The notes beneath the pieces were generated by a model. It saw only the letters and a list, made by a program, of their open reading frames with translations. It did not search any database and was not told the DNA's origin. From Oceanicoccus sp. (GTDB taxonomy: Bacteria > Pseudomonadota > Gammaproteobacteria > Pseudomonadales > Dasaniaceae), in NCBI GenBank assembly GCA_051277205.1, contig JBNMPW010000001.1, forward strand, positions 1,405-65,404: a stretch of DNA of 64,000 bases, given 5' to 3'. The position numbers and the translations under genes were made by a program. Shown here piece by piece: positions 1 to 11,994 of the stretch (position 1 is its first letter; each line of letters begins with the position of its first letter).

Positions 1-875
1 TCTTTAGCCTCAATCTCGGCAATCTCAGCAACGCTCAGAAAGGTAAAGTAACGCAGGAATTTATAGACATCGTCATCATTGGTGTTGAGCCAAAACTGAT
101 AGAAGGCATAGGGCGACGTTTTCGCCGGATCCAACCAGATGGTGCCGCTTTCGGTTTTACCAAACTTAGTGCCATCTGACTTAGTGACTAACGGCAGGGT
201 TAAGCCGTAAACTTGGCCACTATAACGGCGGCGAGTCAACTCGACGCCACCGGTGATATTGCCCCATTGATCGGAACCACCAATCTGTAAGGTACATTGA
301 TTGGCTTTATACAGCTCGGCAAAATCCAGCGACTGCAAAATCATGTAAGTAAATTCAGTGAAAGAGATCCCCTCACCTTCGCGCTCTATACGCTGCTTGA
401 CCGACTCTTTTTTGATCATTTGGTTTACAGGAAAATGCTTACCGATATCCCGCAGGAAGCTCAGCACATCCATGCCACCAATCCAATCGAGGTTATTCAC
501 CACTTCAGCCGAGTTTTCACCGGCGTCAAAATCAATAAAGCGACTGACCTGCCCTCTCAGTTTATTGACCCAGTCCGCCACGATATCGGGGGTATTGAGC
601 CTGCGCTCTTCCGCTTTAAAAGAGGGATCGCCGATCAAGCCAGTAGCACCACCCACTAAAGCTAACGGTTTATGTCCGGCCTGCTGAAAACGCCGTAAGG
701 TCAGCAACGGCACCAAGCTGCCAATATGCAAACTGTCTGCGGTGGGGTCAAAACCGCAATAGAGGGTCCGGCGGACACCCGTCAGATGCCGCTCCAACTC
801 TTCGTCAGCGGTGGTTTGAGCAATCAAGCCCCGCTCGCGTAAATCTGAAATTAATGCTTTTCCGTCAATCGACAT
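1..875 (-). CDS. tyrS: Tyrosine--tRNA ligase (3' part runs off the window)
   Basis: Hand translation from ATG at 875: [20 protein letters not shown]...[19 protein letters not shown] (HIGH-like motif) and DGTKFGKTE (KMSKS-like motif). Not in the ORF track because it is truncated. Confidence 0.96.
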   Translation of the reverse strand, partial: MSIDGKALISDLRERGLIAQTTADEELERHLTGVRRTLYCGFDPTADSLHIGSLVPLLTLRRFQQAGHKPLALVGGATGLIGDPSFKAEERRLNTPDIVADWVNKLRGQVSRFIDFDAGENSAEVVNNLDWIGGMDVLSFLRDIGKHFPVNQMIKKESVKQRIEREGEGISFTEFTYMILQSLDFAELYKANQCTLQIGGSDQWGNITGGVELTRRRYSGQVYGLTLPLVTKSDGTKFGKTESGTIWLDPAKTSPYAFYQFWLNTNDDDVYKFLRYFTFLSVAEIAEIEAK

Positions 876-1145
876 AATGTCCGCTTACCTAGTAAATCAA
901 CCTTCTAATATGATTATTACTTATCAGCTTGCGGTAAATGCTGATTGCATAACAGCTCATTTTTCGCCAGTATTCTCCCGCAAAGAGCGCGCACAATACC
1001 GCAACCCTCTATAAATGCAAGCCGCAAAAATGGCAGCGCATTAGCATCATTATCAGACATTCAGATACAGAACTGGGGAAATCTGGGTTTTTTGTTATAC
1101 TTCCATCAATCAGACCACTTTACTAGAAACTCAATAAAGTTAAGC

Positions 1146-2498
1146 ATGCAAGCAACTAGAAACAAACCTCAGCCACCCTTACGCCAGTGGTTACAACACT
1201 TTTCGCGCCGGCACTTAGTCATTGCCACTGCAGCTGTGCTATTAATGTTATTTTCATTGGTGATGGCGCCTGGGCAAAGTGCTGAAGACGCTCGCGTAGC
1301 ATTACCTGTTGAACTAGTGCTGCAACCAAAGGACAACAGCCCAGCTACTGAAGCCATCCCCGAGCTAACCTGGGTCGACATCCAAGTCCGCAACGGCGAC
1401 AATCTGTCCAAAATATTTCAGCGCGCCTCCTTATCCGCCGCCGATGTCCACGACATTGTCAGCAACAGTAAAGACAGCAAGCGCTTACTGCGTTTATACC
1501 CTGGCGAAACACTTTCTTTTCAGGTCAACGCCGCAGGCAAACTACAGGGCCTGAAGCACACTCAAAACAAGTTCGAAAGCACCTTATTTGAACGCGACTC
1601 CATAGCGGAAGGCTTCAGCACCACCCATATTAAGCGCGAACCCGAAATTCGGCAGAATTATAACAGTGCCGTGATCAGCTCATCGCTGTTCATGGCAGCG
1701 CAAAATACGGGCTTGTCGCAAAACCTGATTATGGAACTATCGGACATCTTTGGCGGCGTTATCGACTTTGTTTACGACGTGCGCGGTGGCGACAGTTTTA
1801 GCCTGCTCTATGAAGAGCATTTTCTTGATGATGACAAAACCGGTAATGGTCCTATCCTCGCCGCACAGTTTACTAATCGCGGCGACACTTTTACCGCCTA
1901 TCGCTATGTCTACGCGGATGGCAGCTTCGGCTATTACAATGAGAAGGGCGTCAGTATGCGCAAGGCATTTCTGCGCGCACCGCTCGATTTCACCCGAATA
2001 AGCTCCGGCTTTAACTTAAAACGCCTGCACCCAGTCTTTAAAACTACCCGCGCCCATCGCGGCACCGATTACGCGGCATCGCGTGGCACCCCAGTTTATG
2101 CCGCCGGTGACGGTCGCGTCGCCAAGTCCGGTTACAGCAAAGCCAATGGCAATTACGTGTTCATCAATCACGGCTCCAACTACACCACCAAATATCTGCA
2201 TCTACATAAACGCAATGTACGCAGCGGCCAAAAGGTGAAACAGCGTCAGGTCATCGGCACCGTGGGCTCAACCGGTTATGCCACTGGCCCGCATCTGCAC
2301 TATGAATTTTTGGTTAACGGCGTGCACCGCAATCCGCGCACCATTCTTAAAAAACTACCAAAAGCGGAAAGCATTAACAGTAAAGACAAGCCCTTGTTTC
2401 TGGCACAAATTGGTGGTCTTCAAATGCAATTGGCCGCCTATAATGACCAACGCAAGCTGGCTAAAGCTGCTGACCTGATTGGCAGTTCTACCCTTTGA
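1146..2498 (+). CDS. Peptidoglycan DD-metalloendopeptidase, M23 family (OapA/LysM-like N-terminus, MepM-like)
   Basis: HxGxD (HRGTDY), YLHL and HLHYE zinc motifs; N-terminal TM segment; usual tyrS-M23-anmK order. Start moved to ATG 1146. Confidence 0.9.
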   Translation: MQATRNKPQPPLRQWLQHFSRRHLVIATAAVLLMLFSLVMAPGQSAEDARVALPVELVLQPKDNSPATEAIPELTWVDIQVRNGDNLSKIFQRASLSAADVHDIVSNSKDSKRLLRLYPGETLSFQVNAAGKLQGLKHTQNKFESTLFERDSIAEGFSTTHIKREPEIRQNYNSAVISSSLFMAAQNTGLSQNLIMELSDIFGGVIDFVYDVRGGDSFSLLYEEHFLDDDKTGNGPILAAQFTNRGDTFTAYRYVYADGSFGYYNEKGVSMRKAFLRAPLDFTRISSGFNLKRLHPVFKTTRAHRGTDYAASRGTPVYAAGDGRVAKSGYSKANGNYVFINHGSNYTTKYLHLHKRNVRSGQKVKQRQVIGTVGSTGYATGPHLHYEFLVNGVHRNPRTILKKLPKAESINSKDKPLFLAQIGGLQMQLAAYNDQRKLAKAADLIGSSTL

Positions 2499-3622
2499 TG
2501 AGCAACACCAAGCCTGCGCTGTATATTGGTCTCATGTCCGGTACCAGTCTAGATAGCATCGATGCGGCGCTGATTGCCATCAATGAAACCAGCTACGGCC
2601 CGCAATGTCAGTTAATTGCCCAGCACGAACACCCAATCCCGAGCGCCTTACGCCAGCAACTGTTGACCTTGTGCCAGCCTGGCAAAAATGAAATTGATGC
2701 CATGGGCAGCGCCGATCGCCAACTAGCACTAACTTTTGCCGATGCCTGCAATACCTTAATGGCAACCAGTGAATTCAGCAGCGACGACATTACCGCCATC
2801 GGTAGTCACGGCCAAACTATCCGACACCGGCCCGACCGCGAATACCCATTTACCTTACAGATAGGCGACCCCAGTACGATTGCTTATGCCACCGGTATCA
2901 CCACAGTCGCCGATTTTCGTCGTAAAGATATAGCCGCTGGCGGTCAAGGCGCACCACTGGCTCCCGCGTTTCATCAAGCAGCCTTTAGCAGCGCACAGCA
3001 TAACCGCGCCATTATCAATATTGGCGGCATGGCAAATATCTCTTGCTTGGCCAGAGATTGCGCTGCAATCGGCTTTGATACCGGCCCCGGCAATGTCTTA
3101 ATGAACTGTTGGATTGAGAAAAACAAGCAACAGCAATATGACCACGATGGTCAGTGGGCTGCCAGCGGCGAGGTCAACTCGACTCTACTGGCAGCGTTAT
3201 TAGCCCATCCCTATCTAGAAAAACCGGCACCCAAAAGCACCGGTAGAGAAGATTTTAATCTCAATTGGCTAGAGCACATTCTGACCACTTTCGACACTAC
3301 ACCCGAAGACGTGCAGGCGACACTGCTTGAATTTAGCGCACAAACAATTACTGATGGCGTTGAAAGACTACCCGTACAGGTCAATCAGGTATTTATCTGT
3401 GGCGGCGGCGCCTATAACAGCCAACTTATGGAACGCTTAGAAAGCTTGCTACACCCTCGCCAACTTGGTAGCACCAAACTATTAGGTATCGCACCTGAAT
3501 GGGTAGAAGCAGCCGCATTTGCCTGGCTTGCGCAACAAACACTGGCTCGCAAGCCAGGAAGTTTAGCGACGGTGACAGGTGCCTGTGAGGCAGTGGTACT
3601 GGGCGGGATTTACTATCCCTGA
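2498..3622 (+). CDS. anmK: Anhydro-N-acetylmuramic acid kinase
   Basis: IGLMSGTSLDSID, GSHGQT, GGQGAPLAP, FDTGPGN, PKSTGRE motifs; TGATG overlap with the upstream gene. Confidence 0.96.
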   Translation: MSNTKPALYIGLMSGTSLDSIDAALIAINETSYGPQCQLIAQHEHPIPSALRQQLLTLCQPGKNEIDAMGSADRQLALTFADACNTLMATSEFSSDDITAIGSHGQTIRHRPDREYPFTLQIGDPSTIAYATGITTVADFRRKDIAAGGQGAPLAPAFHQAAFSSAQHNRAIINIGGMANISCLARDCAAIGFDTGPGNVLMNCWIEKNKQQQYDHDGQWAASGEVNSTLLAALLAHPYLEKPAPKSTGREDFNLNWLEHILTTFDTTPEDVQATLLEFSAQTITDGVERLPVQVNQVFICGGGAYNSQLMERLESLLHPRQLGSTKLLGIAPEWVEAAAFAWLAQQTLARKPGSLATVTGACEAVVLGGIYYP

Positions 3623-3643
3623 GTCTCTTACTGGCGGGTGTGG

Positions 3644-4093
3644 TTAAAAATAAACGTAGTTCTGCTGTTCAAGCAAACGCCGCTCTTCATCCTTAAAGTA
3701 CGGGACAGTAACGACAAAAGGCAGCAACTCCATCTCATCAATCACCTCACCCCCCATCCAAGTTTTACAGACTTTTATATCGACCACGTTAAAGGCGCTC
3801 AAACGCGCCGCCAAGTCGGCCAGTGATTTATTATCTTTGTAATTTGGCGACAGCAAAGACCGAGCTTCGGGGCCGTGCAATAAAAACACCACTGGCATAT
3901 CGATACCCATCTTAAAGTCACCGCTATCCAACAGCACTTCGGCGCGCTGCAGCACTCGCAGTAATTCTTCATTGGTATTAACTTGGATTTGCGCCAAATA
4001 GCGCGGGGAAACTGGCTCAGCAAAAACCGGTTGCTGACTAGCAGCAGGCAAAGATGACAGCACAATCAACAGCAAACATAGGCGTTGCAACAT
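3644..4093 (-). CDS. DsrE-family protein with signal peptide
   Basis: VFLLHGPEA and IKVC motifs; hydrophobic N-terminus ending in AAS. Confidence 0.65.
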   Translation of the reverse strand: MLQRLCLLLIVLSSLPAASQQPVFAEPVSPRYLAQIQVNTNEELLRVLQRAEVLLDSGDFKMGIDMPVVFLLHGPEARSLLSPNYKDNKSLADLAARLSAFNVVDIKVCKTWMGGEVIDEMELLPFVVTVPYFKDEERRLLEQQNYVYF

Positions 4094-4113
4094 CAGTCAT
4101 CCTCCTTTAAAAA

Positions 4114-4467
4114 TCAAACAGAAAAAGAGGCCCCACAACCGCAAGTGGTTTCAGCATTGGGGTTACTAATAACAAAACGGGAACCTTCTAGGCCTTCGAG
4201 ATAATCGACTTCAGCGCCAACCAAATACTGATAACTCATTGGGTCAACCAACGCGGTGATACCGTCTTTCTCGACTAACGTATCGTCTTCAGCAGCAATC
4301 TCGTCAAAAGTAAAGCCATAAGAAAACCCTGAACAGCCACCACCGGTGACAAACACACGTAGCTTTAACTCATCATTAACCTCTTCTTCCACCAGATTCT
4401 TGACCTTAGCCACTGCCTTCTCAGTCAACACTAAAACTTCTGGGGTAAATTGCATTACAGCAGACAT
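4114..4467 (-). CDS. erpA: Fe-S cluster insertion protein ErpA
   Basis: [13 protein letters not shown] and [11 protein letters not shown]; GAGG SD before ATG 4467. Confidence 0.95.
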   Translation of the reverse strand: MSAVMQFTPEVLVLTEKAVAKVKNLVEEEVNDELKLRVFVTGGGCSGFSYGFTFDEIAAEDDTLVEKDGITALVDPMSYQYLVGAEVDYLEGLEGSRFVISNPNAETTCGCGASFSV

Positions 4468-4532
4468 CACAACCTCTTCATCACTCGCACTTAATAGCAA
4501 CTGCTACAGCCAGCAAAATACTGACTTAACTT

Positions 4533-4557
4533 AATCCCGACTATTTTAGTCGATTAT
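4533..4557 (-). promoter_or_regulatory. IscR type-1 binding site upstream of erpA
   Basis: Minus strand ATAATCGACTAAAATAGTCGGGATT fits the type-1 consensus ATASYYGACTRWWWYAGTCRRSTAT; erpA is an IscR target in E. coli. Confidence 0.75.
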
Positions 4558-4958
4558 TACCCCCGCTGACCACCATCATTAATTACTTCTATATTGGTAA
4601 CTTTTGATACCGCTCCTGCGTAAATCAGGTTGCCGTTTAATTGAGCGCCTTTCACCATCTCAATCAGCTGGTAGTGCACATTACCTTGGACCTGCGCTTT
4701 CGCCGCTAGTTCAACGTGCTCACTGCAATGGACATCGCCTTTAATATCGCCATTTACAATGATTTTGGGTGCATGTACTTCGCCCTCAACTCGGCCGCCC
4801 TCAACGATTCTTACCGTGGCGCCCTTAGCCTCGGCTTTGGCGATGATATTGCCTCGCACCACGCCTTGAATTTCTAGGTCGCCGGTAAATTTAAGGTCGC
4901 CAATGAGCTCGGCATCTTTGGCGATGAGTGTTGTACTGTGTCCACCCGTAAAGGCCAT
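4557..4958 (-). CDS. Bactofilin (polymer-forming cytoskeletal protein)
   Basis: TLIAKDAELIGDLKFTGDLEIQGVVRGNI...VEGEV...GDV...GNV beta-helix repeats. Confidence 0.9.
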   Translation of the reverse strand: MAFTGGHSTTLIAKDAELIGDLKFTGDLEIQGVVRGNIIAKAEAKGATVRIVEGGRVEGEVHAPKIIVNGDIKGDVHCSEHVELAAKAQVQGNVHYQLIEMVKGAQLNGNLIYAGAVSKVTNIEVINDGGQRG

Positions 4959-5020
4959 TATGATTCTCCTGCTAGCGCTAGGCTAGATTGGTAAATTGAC
5001 TACTGAGCTAAACCATTACG

Positions 5021-5761
5021 CTAGAGTTTTTGCACAATCCAGCCATATTGTTTCTCGACGATGACGGCCTTTGGCGCTGTCGCCTTGGCGATGATTTCAA
5101 CCCGAACCGGACTAAAGCCCACTGGGATAACCAGCTCACCATCCACATACTGAAAATATTTAAAACGCAATTTAACACCCTTATCGTCGATCTGCTCAGA
5201 TAATATTTTCAACGGTAACTGCTCTTCAACGCCGTCTCGCTTACCGATGATATTGACCACCACTGAGCCCTTCAGCATCCCATGCTTTAAGGCCAGTTGC
5301 TGGAACACCAACTTAAACTGAAAGCGGTTTTCGGCTGAGCCGGGGTAGAGCTCCCAGCTACGAATACCCAAGCCACGCTCGCGCTCAGTCGGTGACATTA
5401 AACCCTTATAGAAATCAATTTCTTTGTTCAGCTGATTGATGGTTTGTTTGTGCTCACGTACCACCCCACGTATAGCTTCTGAGGCTTTGCGATCAATATC
5501 AGAGCCCACTTTAAAGTTTGTGAGCTGTTGACTGCTATTGGCATAAAGCGTATCCAACTCAGCTAACTGCTGCTTTGTTTGAGTCAGCTCGCGCAGCATT
5601 TGTCGGTTGTCAGTATGCAAACTGCGACCACCGACCCAATAGGCTGATAGCGCAATGGCGAGCAACAGCAATACACTACCGAGGATCAATTGTAGCCGCT
5701 GCCCCGGCCGCTCCTGCACCACCACTGAGCGATATTGTTTACTGCCGGTTACCTGTGACAT
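5021..5761 (-). CDS. Membrane-anchored coiled-coil protein (DUF6776-like)
   Basis: N-terminal TM, coiled coil, EIDFYKGLM and LRFKYFQ motifs; lies between argC and the bactofilin. Confidence 0.7.
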   Translation of the reverse strand: MSQVTGSKQYRSVVVQERPGQRLQLILGSVLLLLAIALSAYWVGGRSLHTDNRQMLRELTQTKQQLAELDTLYANSSQQLTNFKVGSDIDRKASEAIRGVVREHKQTINQLNKEIDFYKGLMSPTERERGLGIRSWELYPGSAENRFQFKLVFQQLALKHGMLKGSVVVNIIGKRDGVEEQLPLKILSEQIDDKGVKLRFKYFQYVDGELVIPVGFSPVRVEIIAKATAPKAVIVEKQYGWIVQKL

Positions 5762-5783
5762 AAATACCTACTGACATCATTAA

Positions 5784-6824
5784 TCATGGCATCATCGCCA
5801 CAATATTGAGACCGGCCGTTTCATCCAAGCCGAGCATGATGTTCATATTTTGAATCGCCTGACCCGACGCACCTTTTACCAGATTGTCGATCACCGACAG
5901 GATCACCAAGGTGTCACGATCTTGCGGACGATGCACGGCAATCCGGCAATTATTTGAACCCTTAACCGAACGCGTTTGAGGATGACTGCCCGCAGGCATC
6001 ACATCGACAAAAGGTTCATCTTCGTAACATTGCTCATACAGGCGCTGAATTTCATCCAGCGATACAGCACTATCGGTTAATTCGGCATAAAGCGTTGATT
6101 GAATGCCTCGAATAATCGGCAGCAAATGTGGCACAAACGTGACCGCCACGTCTTCTCCCGCCATCGCCGTTAAACCTTGCTCAATTTCAGGCAAGTGCCG
6201 ATGACCGGGCGCCGCATAAGCTTTAAAGCTGTCGCTCACCTCAGCGCACAAATTGTCTATTTTGGCCTGCCGACCAGCACCACTAACGCCAGAAGCAGAG
6301 TTAGAAATAATCCGACTGGTGTCGATAAGCTGATTTTGCAACAAAGGCATAAGGCCCAATTGCACCGAAGTCGGATAACAGCCCGGACAGGCCACAAGCT
6401 GCGCCTCCCGAATAGCCTCGCGGTTAAACTCTGGCAGCCCATAGACAGCTTCCGGTAATAACTCAGGACAAGCATGAGGTTCGCCGTACCACTCGGACCA
6501 CAGCTGATGATCCTGCAGCCGAAAGTCCGCCGACAGATCAATCACCCGAGTATCGAATTCGAGTAGCAGCGGCATCATATTCATCGCTACATTATGTGGC
6601 GTGGCAAAGAACACTACATCACATTGCGCCAACGCCTGCACATCAGGCTCAGAAAAACGGATATCCAAATGACCACGCAGGCTGGGGTAAAGCTCATCCA
6701 CCCGCACACCTTGTTCGGCTCTTGAGGTAATCACCGCCACTTTAGCCTGCGGATGATTCACCAACATCCGCAATAATTCGACACCGGTATAGCCGGTGCC
6801 GCCAACAATTCCTACTTTAATCAC
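5784..6824 (-). CDS. argC: N-acetyl-gamma-glutamyl-phosphate reductase
   Basis: [40 protein letters not shown]. Confidence 0.97.
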   Translation of the reverse strand: MIKVGIVGGTGYTGVELLRMLVNHPQAKVAVITSRAEQGVRVDELYPSLRGHLDIRFSEPDVQALAQCDVVFFATPHNVAMNMMPLLLEFDTRVIDLSADFRLQDHQLWSEWYGEPHACPELLPEAVYGLPEFNREAIREAQLVACPGCYPTSVQLGLMPLLQNQLIDTSRIISNSASGVSGAGRQAKIDNLCAEVSDSFKAYAAPGHRHLPEIEQGLTAMAGEDVAVTFVPHLLPIIRGIQSTLYAELTDSAVSLDEIQRLYEQCYEDEPFVDVMPAGSHPQTRSVKGSNNCRIAVHRPQDRDTLVILSVIDNLVKGASGQAIQNMNIMLGLDETAGLNIVAMMP

Positions 6825-7045
6825 AACCTTACCCTGCTATCAATTCCTGAAAAATATTGCTGCACATACTTGCTACAACACCGATAATAAAGCTAACCAC
6901 GTTGCAGTACCAAAGTTACGTTATAATAAAGCAATCAAAAAGCAATCGTAAGCTCGATAGCGCTAGATTACCGGACCCGCTCACAATTCATGGCCAAACA
7001 TTCACCGCTAGTAACTAATGACTCAGCCACAATGACTAAGACTCT

Positions 7046-8800
7046 ATGACCAGACACTGGCTAAGTGACATTAGACATCGACTGGCGGACGCTAATTCGC
7101 TGCTACATTTATCCGCACTTGGGGTGGCCGCCGGATTTTTCTCAGCGCTGGTAATCTTGCTGTTTCGCTATGTTATCGAAACACCTGCCGCGTTCTGGAT
7201 GCCCGACGCCAACGCCGAAAACTTTGAATCGCTACCCCAATGGCTGCACTTTGCACTACCCGTTGGCGGCGCCGTCATCATCGGCTTATTTATGAAACGC
7301 ATGGACTTTCGCAACACCCGCACGGGTATTGTCCATGTATTGACCCGCTTACACTCCCATGATGGTCATATGCCTCTCAAAAATGCGCTAGTGCAGTTTT
7401 TTGGCGGCGCTTTTGCCATGGCAACCGGCCAATCGGGCGGCCGTGAAGGCCCAGCCATCCATTTAGGTGCAGCAGTAAACAGCTTGCTCGGGCAACGCCT
7501 ACTGTTGCCCAATAACAGCATCCGCATGCTGGTCGGCTGCGGCACGGCTGCGGCCATAGCCGCTTCCTTTAACACTCCCGTGGCCGGCGTTATTTTCGCC
7601 ATGGAAGTAATTATGATGGAATACACTGTCGCTGGTTTTATTCCGGTGATGCTGGCGACGATCACCGCTACCGGCATGGCTCGCGTGGTCTATGGCAATG
7701 AAGACATTTTTCATTTACCCGTGTTAACTATGAACTCACTTTGGGAGATCCCTTATATAGTACTGCTCGGTTTAGTCATTGGTTGCGCGGCGGCGCTCTT
7801 TATGGGCATCTTAAAAGCTTCGCTACGGCACTTAGATAAACCCGCCTTACCGCGCATGGCGATGGCTGGCATAATTACTGGCGGTTGCGCCTTACTGGCA
7901 CCGGAAGTCCTAGGTATTGGCTACGACAGCCTAGCGAGCAACTTCAACAACCAGCTCGGTTTAAATTTATTGCTAGCCTTAATTGCCGCCAAGATTATCG
8001 CCACCGCGGTCAGTGTTGGCCTCGGTATGCCCATTGGTTTAATCGGGCCGACGCTATTGATCGGGGCTAGTATCGGCGGTGTGCTTGGCATTTTGGGCAG
8101 TAGCGTGTTCCCCGAGCTTGCATCTAACCACAGCTTTTATGTGCTGCTGGGCATGGGTGCGATGATGGGCGCGGTGCTCAACGCGCCACTGGCCGCCTTG
8201 ATGGCGTTGCTAGAATTTAGCAACAACACCGCGATGATTTTCCCTGGCATGCTGGCCATCACCATCGCCACCCTCACCAATAGTGAAATATTCAAACAGC
8301 GCTCAGCCCATCAAACGGTGTTTCAGTATTTTAATATTCTGCTGCCCACCGACCCATTTACCCTGGCACTGCAACGCACCAGTGTGGCTAGCATCATGCA
8401 GCGCAGCCTGATTATCTGTCAGCAGCAGATTTCGCCTTCCGATGTCGAGCACTTGGCTAATGCCGGCCAACAATGGGTAGTAATTTGTGATGACAAAGGA
8501 AAACCGGCGTTGCTAGTTGACTATAAAACACTCGCCAGCGTCCTACAAAATGCCAAGCCCGATGACAGCAGCGGCCTATATGATTTACCGCAACTGGAAC
8601 TATCCGGCCAAGCAATTAGCGAGCTTGCGATTCAGGCCACCTTAAAACAGGCCTTTAATCAGATGAACAAATTACATGTCGACGCGCTGTTTGTATCTGG
8701 CTATATTTCTGGCTCCGCATCCATCAGCTTAGGCCCTGATAATGGGATCGTTACCCGAAACGATATCGAAGCCTATTACACCACTCCACTACAGCATTAA
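7046..8800 (+). CDS. ClC-family anion channel/transporter with degenerate CBS-like tail
   Basis: GREGP motif, AAAIAASFNTP, many TM helices. Confidence 0.9.
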   Translation: MTRHWLSDIRHRLADANSLLHLSALGVAAGFFSALVILLFRYVIETPAAFWMPDANAENFESLPQWLHFALPVGGAVIIGLFMKRMDFRNTRTGIVHVLTRLHSHDGHMPLKNALVQFFGGAFAMATGQSGGREGPAIHLGAAVNSLLGQRLLLPNNSIRMLVGCGTAAAIAASFNTPVAGVIFAMEVIMMEYTVAGFIPVMLATITATGMARVVYGNEDIFHLPVLTMNSLWEIPYIVLLGLVIGCAAALFMGILKASLRHLDKPALPRMAMAGIITGGCALLAPEVLGIGYDSLASNFNNQLGLNLLLALIAAKIIATAVSVGLGMPIGLIGPTLLIGASIGGVLGILGSSVFPELASNHSFYVLLGMGAMMGAVLNAPLAALMALLEFSNNTAMIFPGMLAITIATLTNSEIFKQRSAHQTVFQYFNILLPTDPFTLALQRTSVASIMQRSLIICQQQISPSDVEHLANAGQQWVVICDDKGKPALLVDYKTLASVLQNAKPDDSSGLYDLPQLELSGQAISELAIQATLKQAFNQMNKLHVDALFVSGYISGSASISLGPDNGIVTRNDIEAYYTTPLQH

Positions 8801-8850
8801 GAGCGACATTACGAACATCGTTAAAAACAACATAAAGAGGCAAGCACAAC

Positions 8851-9273
8851 ATGCTTTGGGTTAAAGCTTTTCACATTATTGCCATTGTTTGCTGGTTTGC
8901 CGGTATTTTTTATCTGCCACGGTTATTCGTCTATCACGCCATGACAGAGCACCAAGCCACTCGCGAGCACTTTAAAATCATGGAGCGCAAACTTTATCGT
9001 TTCACCTCTATATTTGCCGTATTAACCCTAATTTTCGGCAGCTGGCTACTCAGCAGTAATTGGGAGTACTACTGGCAATCGCTGTGGTTTCAACTCAAAT
9101 TGATTGGCGTCTTGGCGCTGCTGGCTTACCATTTAATATGTGGTCATTATGTCAAACAATTGCAGCAGGACAACAACCAACATGGCCATGTTTTTTTCCG
9201 ATGGTTTAATGAATTGCCGGTGTTTATATTATTTGCCGTGGTGATACTAGTGGTTGTTAAGCCCTTCGCTTAA
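8851..9273 (+). CDS. hemJ: Protoporphyrinogen oxidase HemJ (CopD superfamily)
   Basis: WVKAFHII, AGIFYLPRLFVYH, MERKLY, RWFNELP. Confidence 0.9.
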   Translation: MLWVKAFHIIAIVCWFAGIFYLPRLFVYHAMTEHQATREHFKIMERKLYRFTSIFAVLTLIFGSWLLSSNWEYYWQSLWFQLKLIGVLALLAYHLICGHYVKQLQQDNNQHGHVFFRWFNELPVFILFAVVILVVVKPFA

Positions 9274-9401
9274 GTGACTGTTAACAGCAGCCTGTAAACA
9301 AGCGTTTTTGAACGACAGCATTTACACAACATAGCCTGTAGCGGTGCTGCCGGGTTCCAGTTAAAATAGTCAGCCATCCACAGCCGTAACAAGATATCGA
9401 C

Positions 9402-10694
9402 ATGCCAACATCAGAACAACTGTTTGAAGACGCCAAACAATATATCCCGGGCGGTGTTAACTCACCGGTACGCGCTTTTCGTGCAGTCGGGGGCACGCCG
9501 GTATTTATTGAGCGTGCTGCCGGTGCTTATATGTACGACAGCGAAGACAAGCGTTACATCGACTACGTGCTGTCTTGGGGGCCAATGATCCTAGGCCATG
9601 CGCACCCATCCATCATGCAGGCCATTCAACAAAAACTGGTCCACGGGCTAAGCTTTGGCACTCCAACTGCCATAGAAACTGAATTGGCCCGGGAGCTGTG
9701 TAACATCATGCCCAACATGGATCTGGTGCGGATGGTTAACTCCGGTACCGAAGCAACGATGAGTGCTATTCGGTTGGCGCGCGGTTATACCGGCCGCGAC
9801 AAAATCATTAAATTTGAAGGCTGTTACCACGGTCATTCCGATTCACTGCTTATCAAAGCAGGCTCCGGCGCATTGACCATGGGCGTACCCAGCTCACCGG
9901 GCGTACCGGCAGCATTGGCAGATCACACTATTACCTTAAGCTACAACAATATCGACCAAGTGAAACAAGCCTTTGCCGAAATTGGAGAACAAGTAGCCTG
10001 CGTTATTGTTGAGCCAGTGGCTGGCAATATGAATTGTGTACCCCCTATTGCGGGCTTTCTTGAAACTATTCGCCAGCAATGTGATGACTACGGCAGCGTA
10101 TTTATTATTGATGAGGTGATGACTGGCTTTCGCTTAGGCCTTACCGGTGCCCAAGGTTATTACAATATTGAAGCCGACCTCACCGCCCTAGGTAAAGTTA
10201 TCGGCGGCGGCATGCCGGTCGGCGCCTTTGGTGGCAAGCGTGAAATCATGGAACAGATCGCGCCCTTGGGACCGGTCTATCAAGCCGGTACTTTATCCGG
10301 CAATCCGGTGGCAATGGCGGCCGGTTTAGCGCAAATGCATGAAATTCAACGTGACGGCTTTTATCCGCCGTTGTTTGAAAAAACCACTGCACTGGCCAAA
10401 GGCTTAGAAAAAATCGCCCACGATACTGGCATTCCATTCACTACCAATCATGTCGGCAGCATGTTCGGCGGTTTCTTTTTAGCGGATGAAAAAGATACAA
10501 CGCCCATCACCAATTACCAACAAGTGATGGCCTGCAATAATGATCGCTTTAATAAATTTTTCCACGGCATGTTAGACGCCGGCGTTTACTTAGCACCGGC
10601 CTCTTATGAAGCGGGCTTTATGTCAGCGGCACATACCGACAGCGACATTCAGTACACGTTGGAAGCGGCGAAAAAAGTTTTTTCTAGGCTCTAA
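9402..10694 (+). CDS. hemL: Glutamate-1-semialdehyde 2,1-aminomutase
   Basis: [43 protein letters not shown]. Confidence 0.97.
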   Translation: MPTSEQLFEDAKQYIPGGVNSPVRAFRAVGGTPVFIERAAGAYMYDSEDKRYIDYVLSWGPMILGHAHPSIMQAIQQKLVHGLSFGTPTAIETELARELCNIMPNMDLVRMVNSGTEATMSAIRLARGYTGRDKIIKFEGCYHGHSDSLLIKAGSGALTMGVPSSPGVPAALADHTITLSYNNIDQVKQAFAEIGEQVACVIVEPVAGNMNCVPPIAGFLETIRQQCDDYGSVFIIDEVMTGFRLGLTGAQGYYNIEADLTALGKVIGGGMPVGAFGGKREIMEQIAPLGPVYQAGTLSGNPVAMAAGLAQMHEIQRDGFYPPLFEKTTALAKGLEKIAHDTGIPFTTNHVGSMFGGFFLADEKDTTPITNYQQVMACNNDRFNKFFHGMLDAGVYLAPASYEAGFMSAAHTDSDIQYTLEAAKKVFSRL

Positions 10695-10723
10695 ACCATA
10701 AGGCAACGTTCTGTAATTAATGA

Positions 10724-11785
<1,062 letters not shown>

Positions 11786-11994
11786 AAGCCAGCCGATTTC
11801 TCGCTTGACCTTAACGAAAACCAAATTCCATGCCCCGAGGCTGTCAGTCGGCATTACTAACACTTTGCTTATCACTTTGATTAAATAGGTACACAGTTGT
11901 GATGGCTGCCACAGTTCCAACAAGCTAAGTAACAATAGCGGTGATTGCACTGCTACACTTCCATTAAATCACCCTGAGTGCTCCGGGAATCATC

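Noticed and set aside
297-687. Plus-strand ORFs 297-659 and 358-687
   Set aside because: Antisense shadows of tyrS. The many other short ORFs overlapping well-supported genes were dismissed for the same reason.
945-1145. Long N-terminal extension of the M23 peptidase ORF
   Set aside because: TTG start inside the divergent promoter region; a downstream ATG gives a normal TM-anchored protein.
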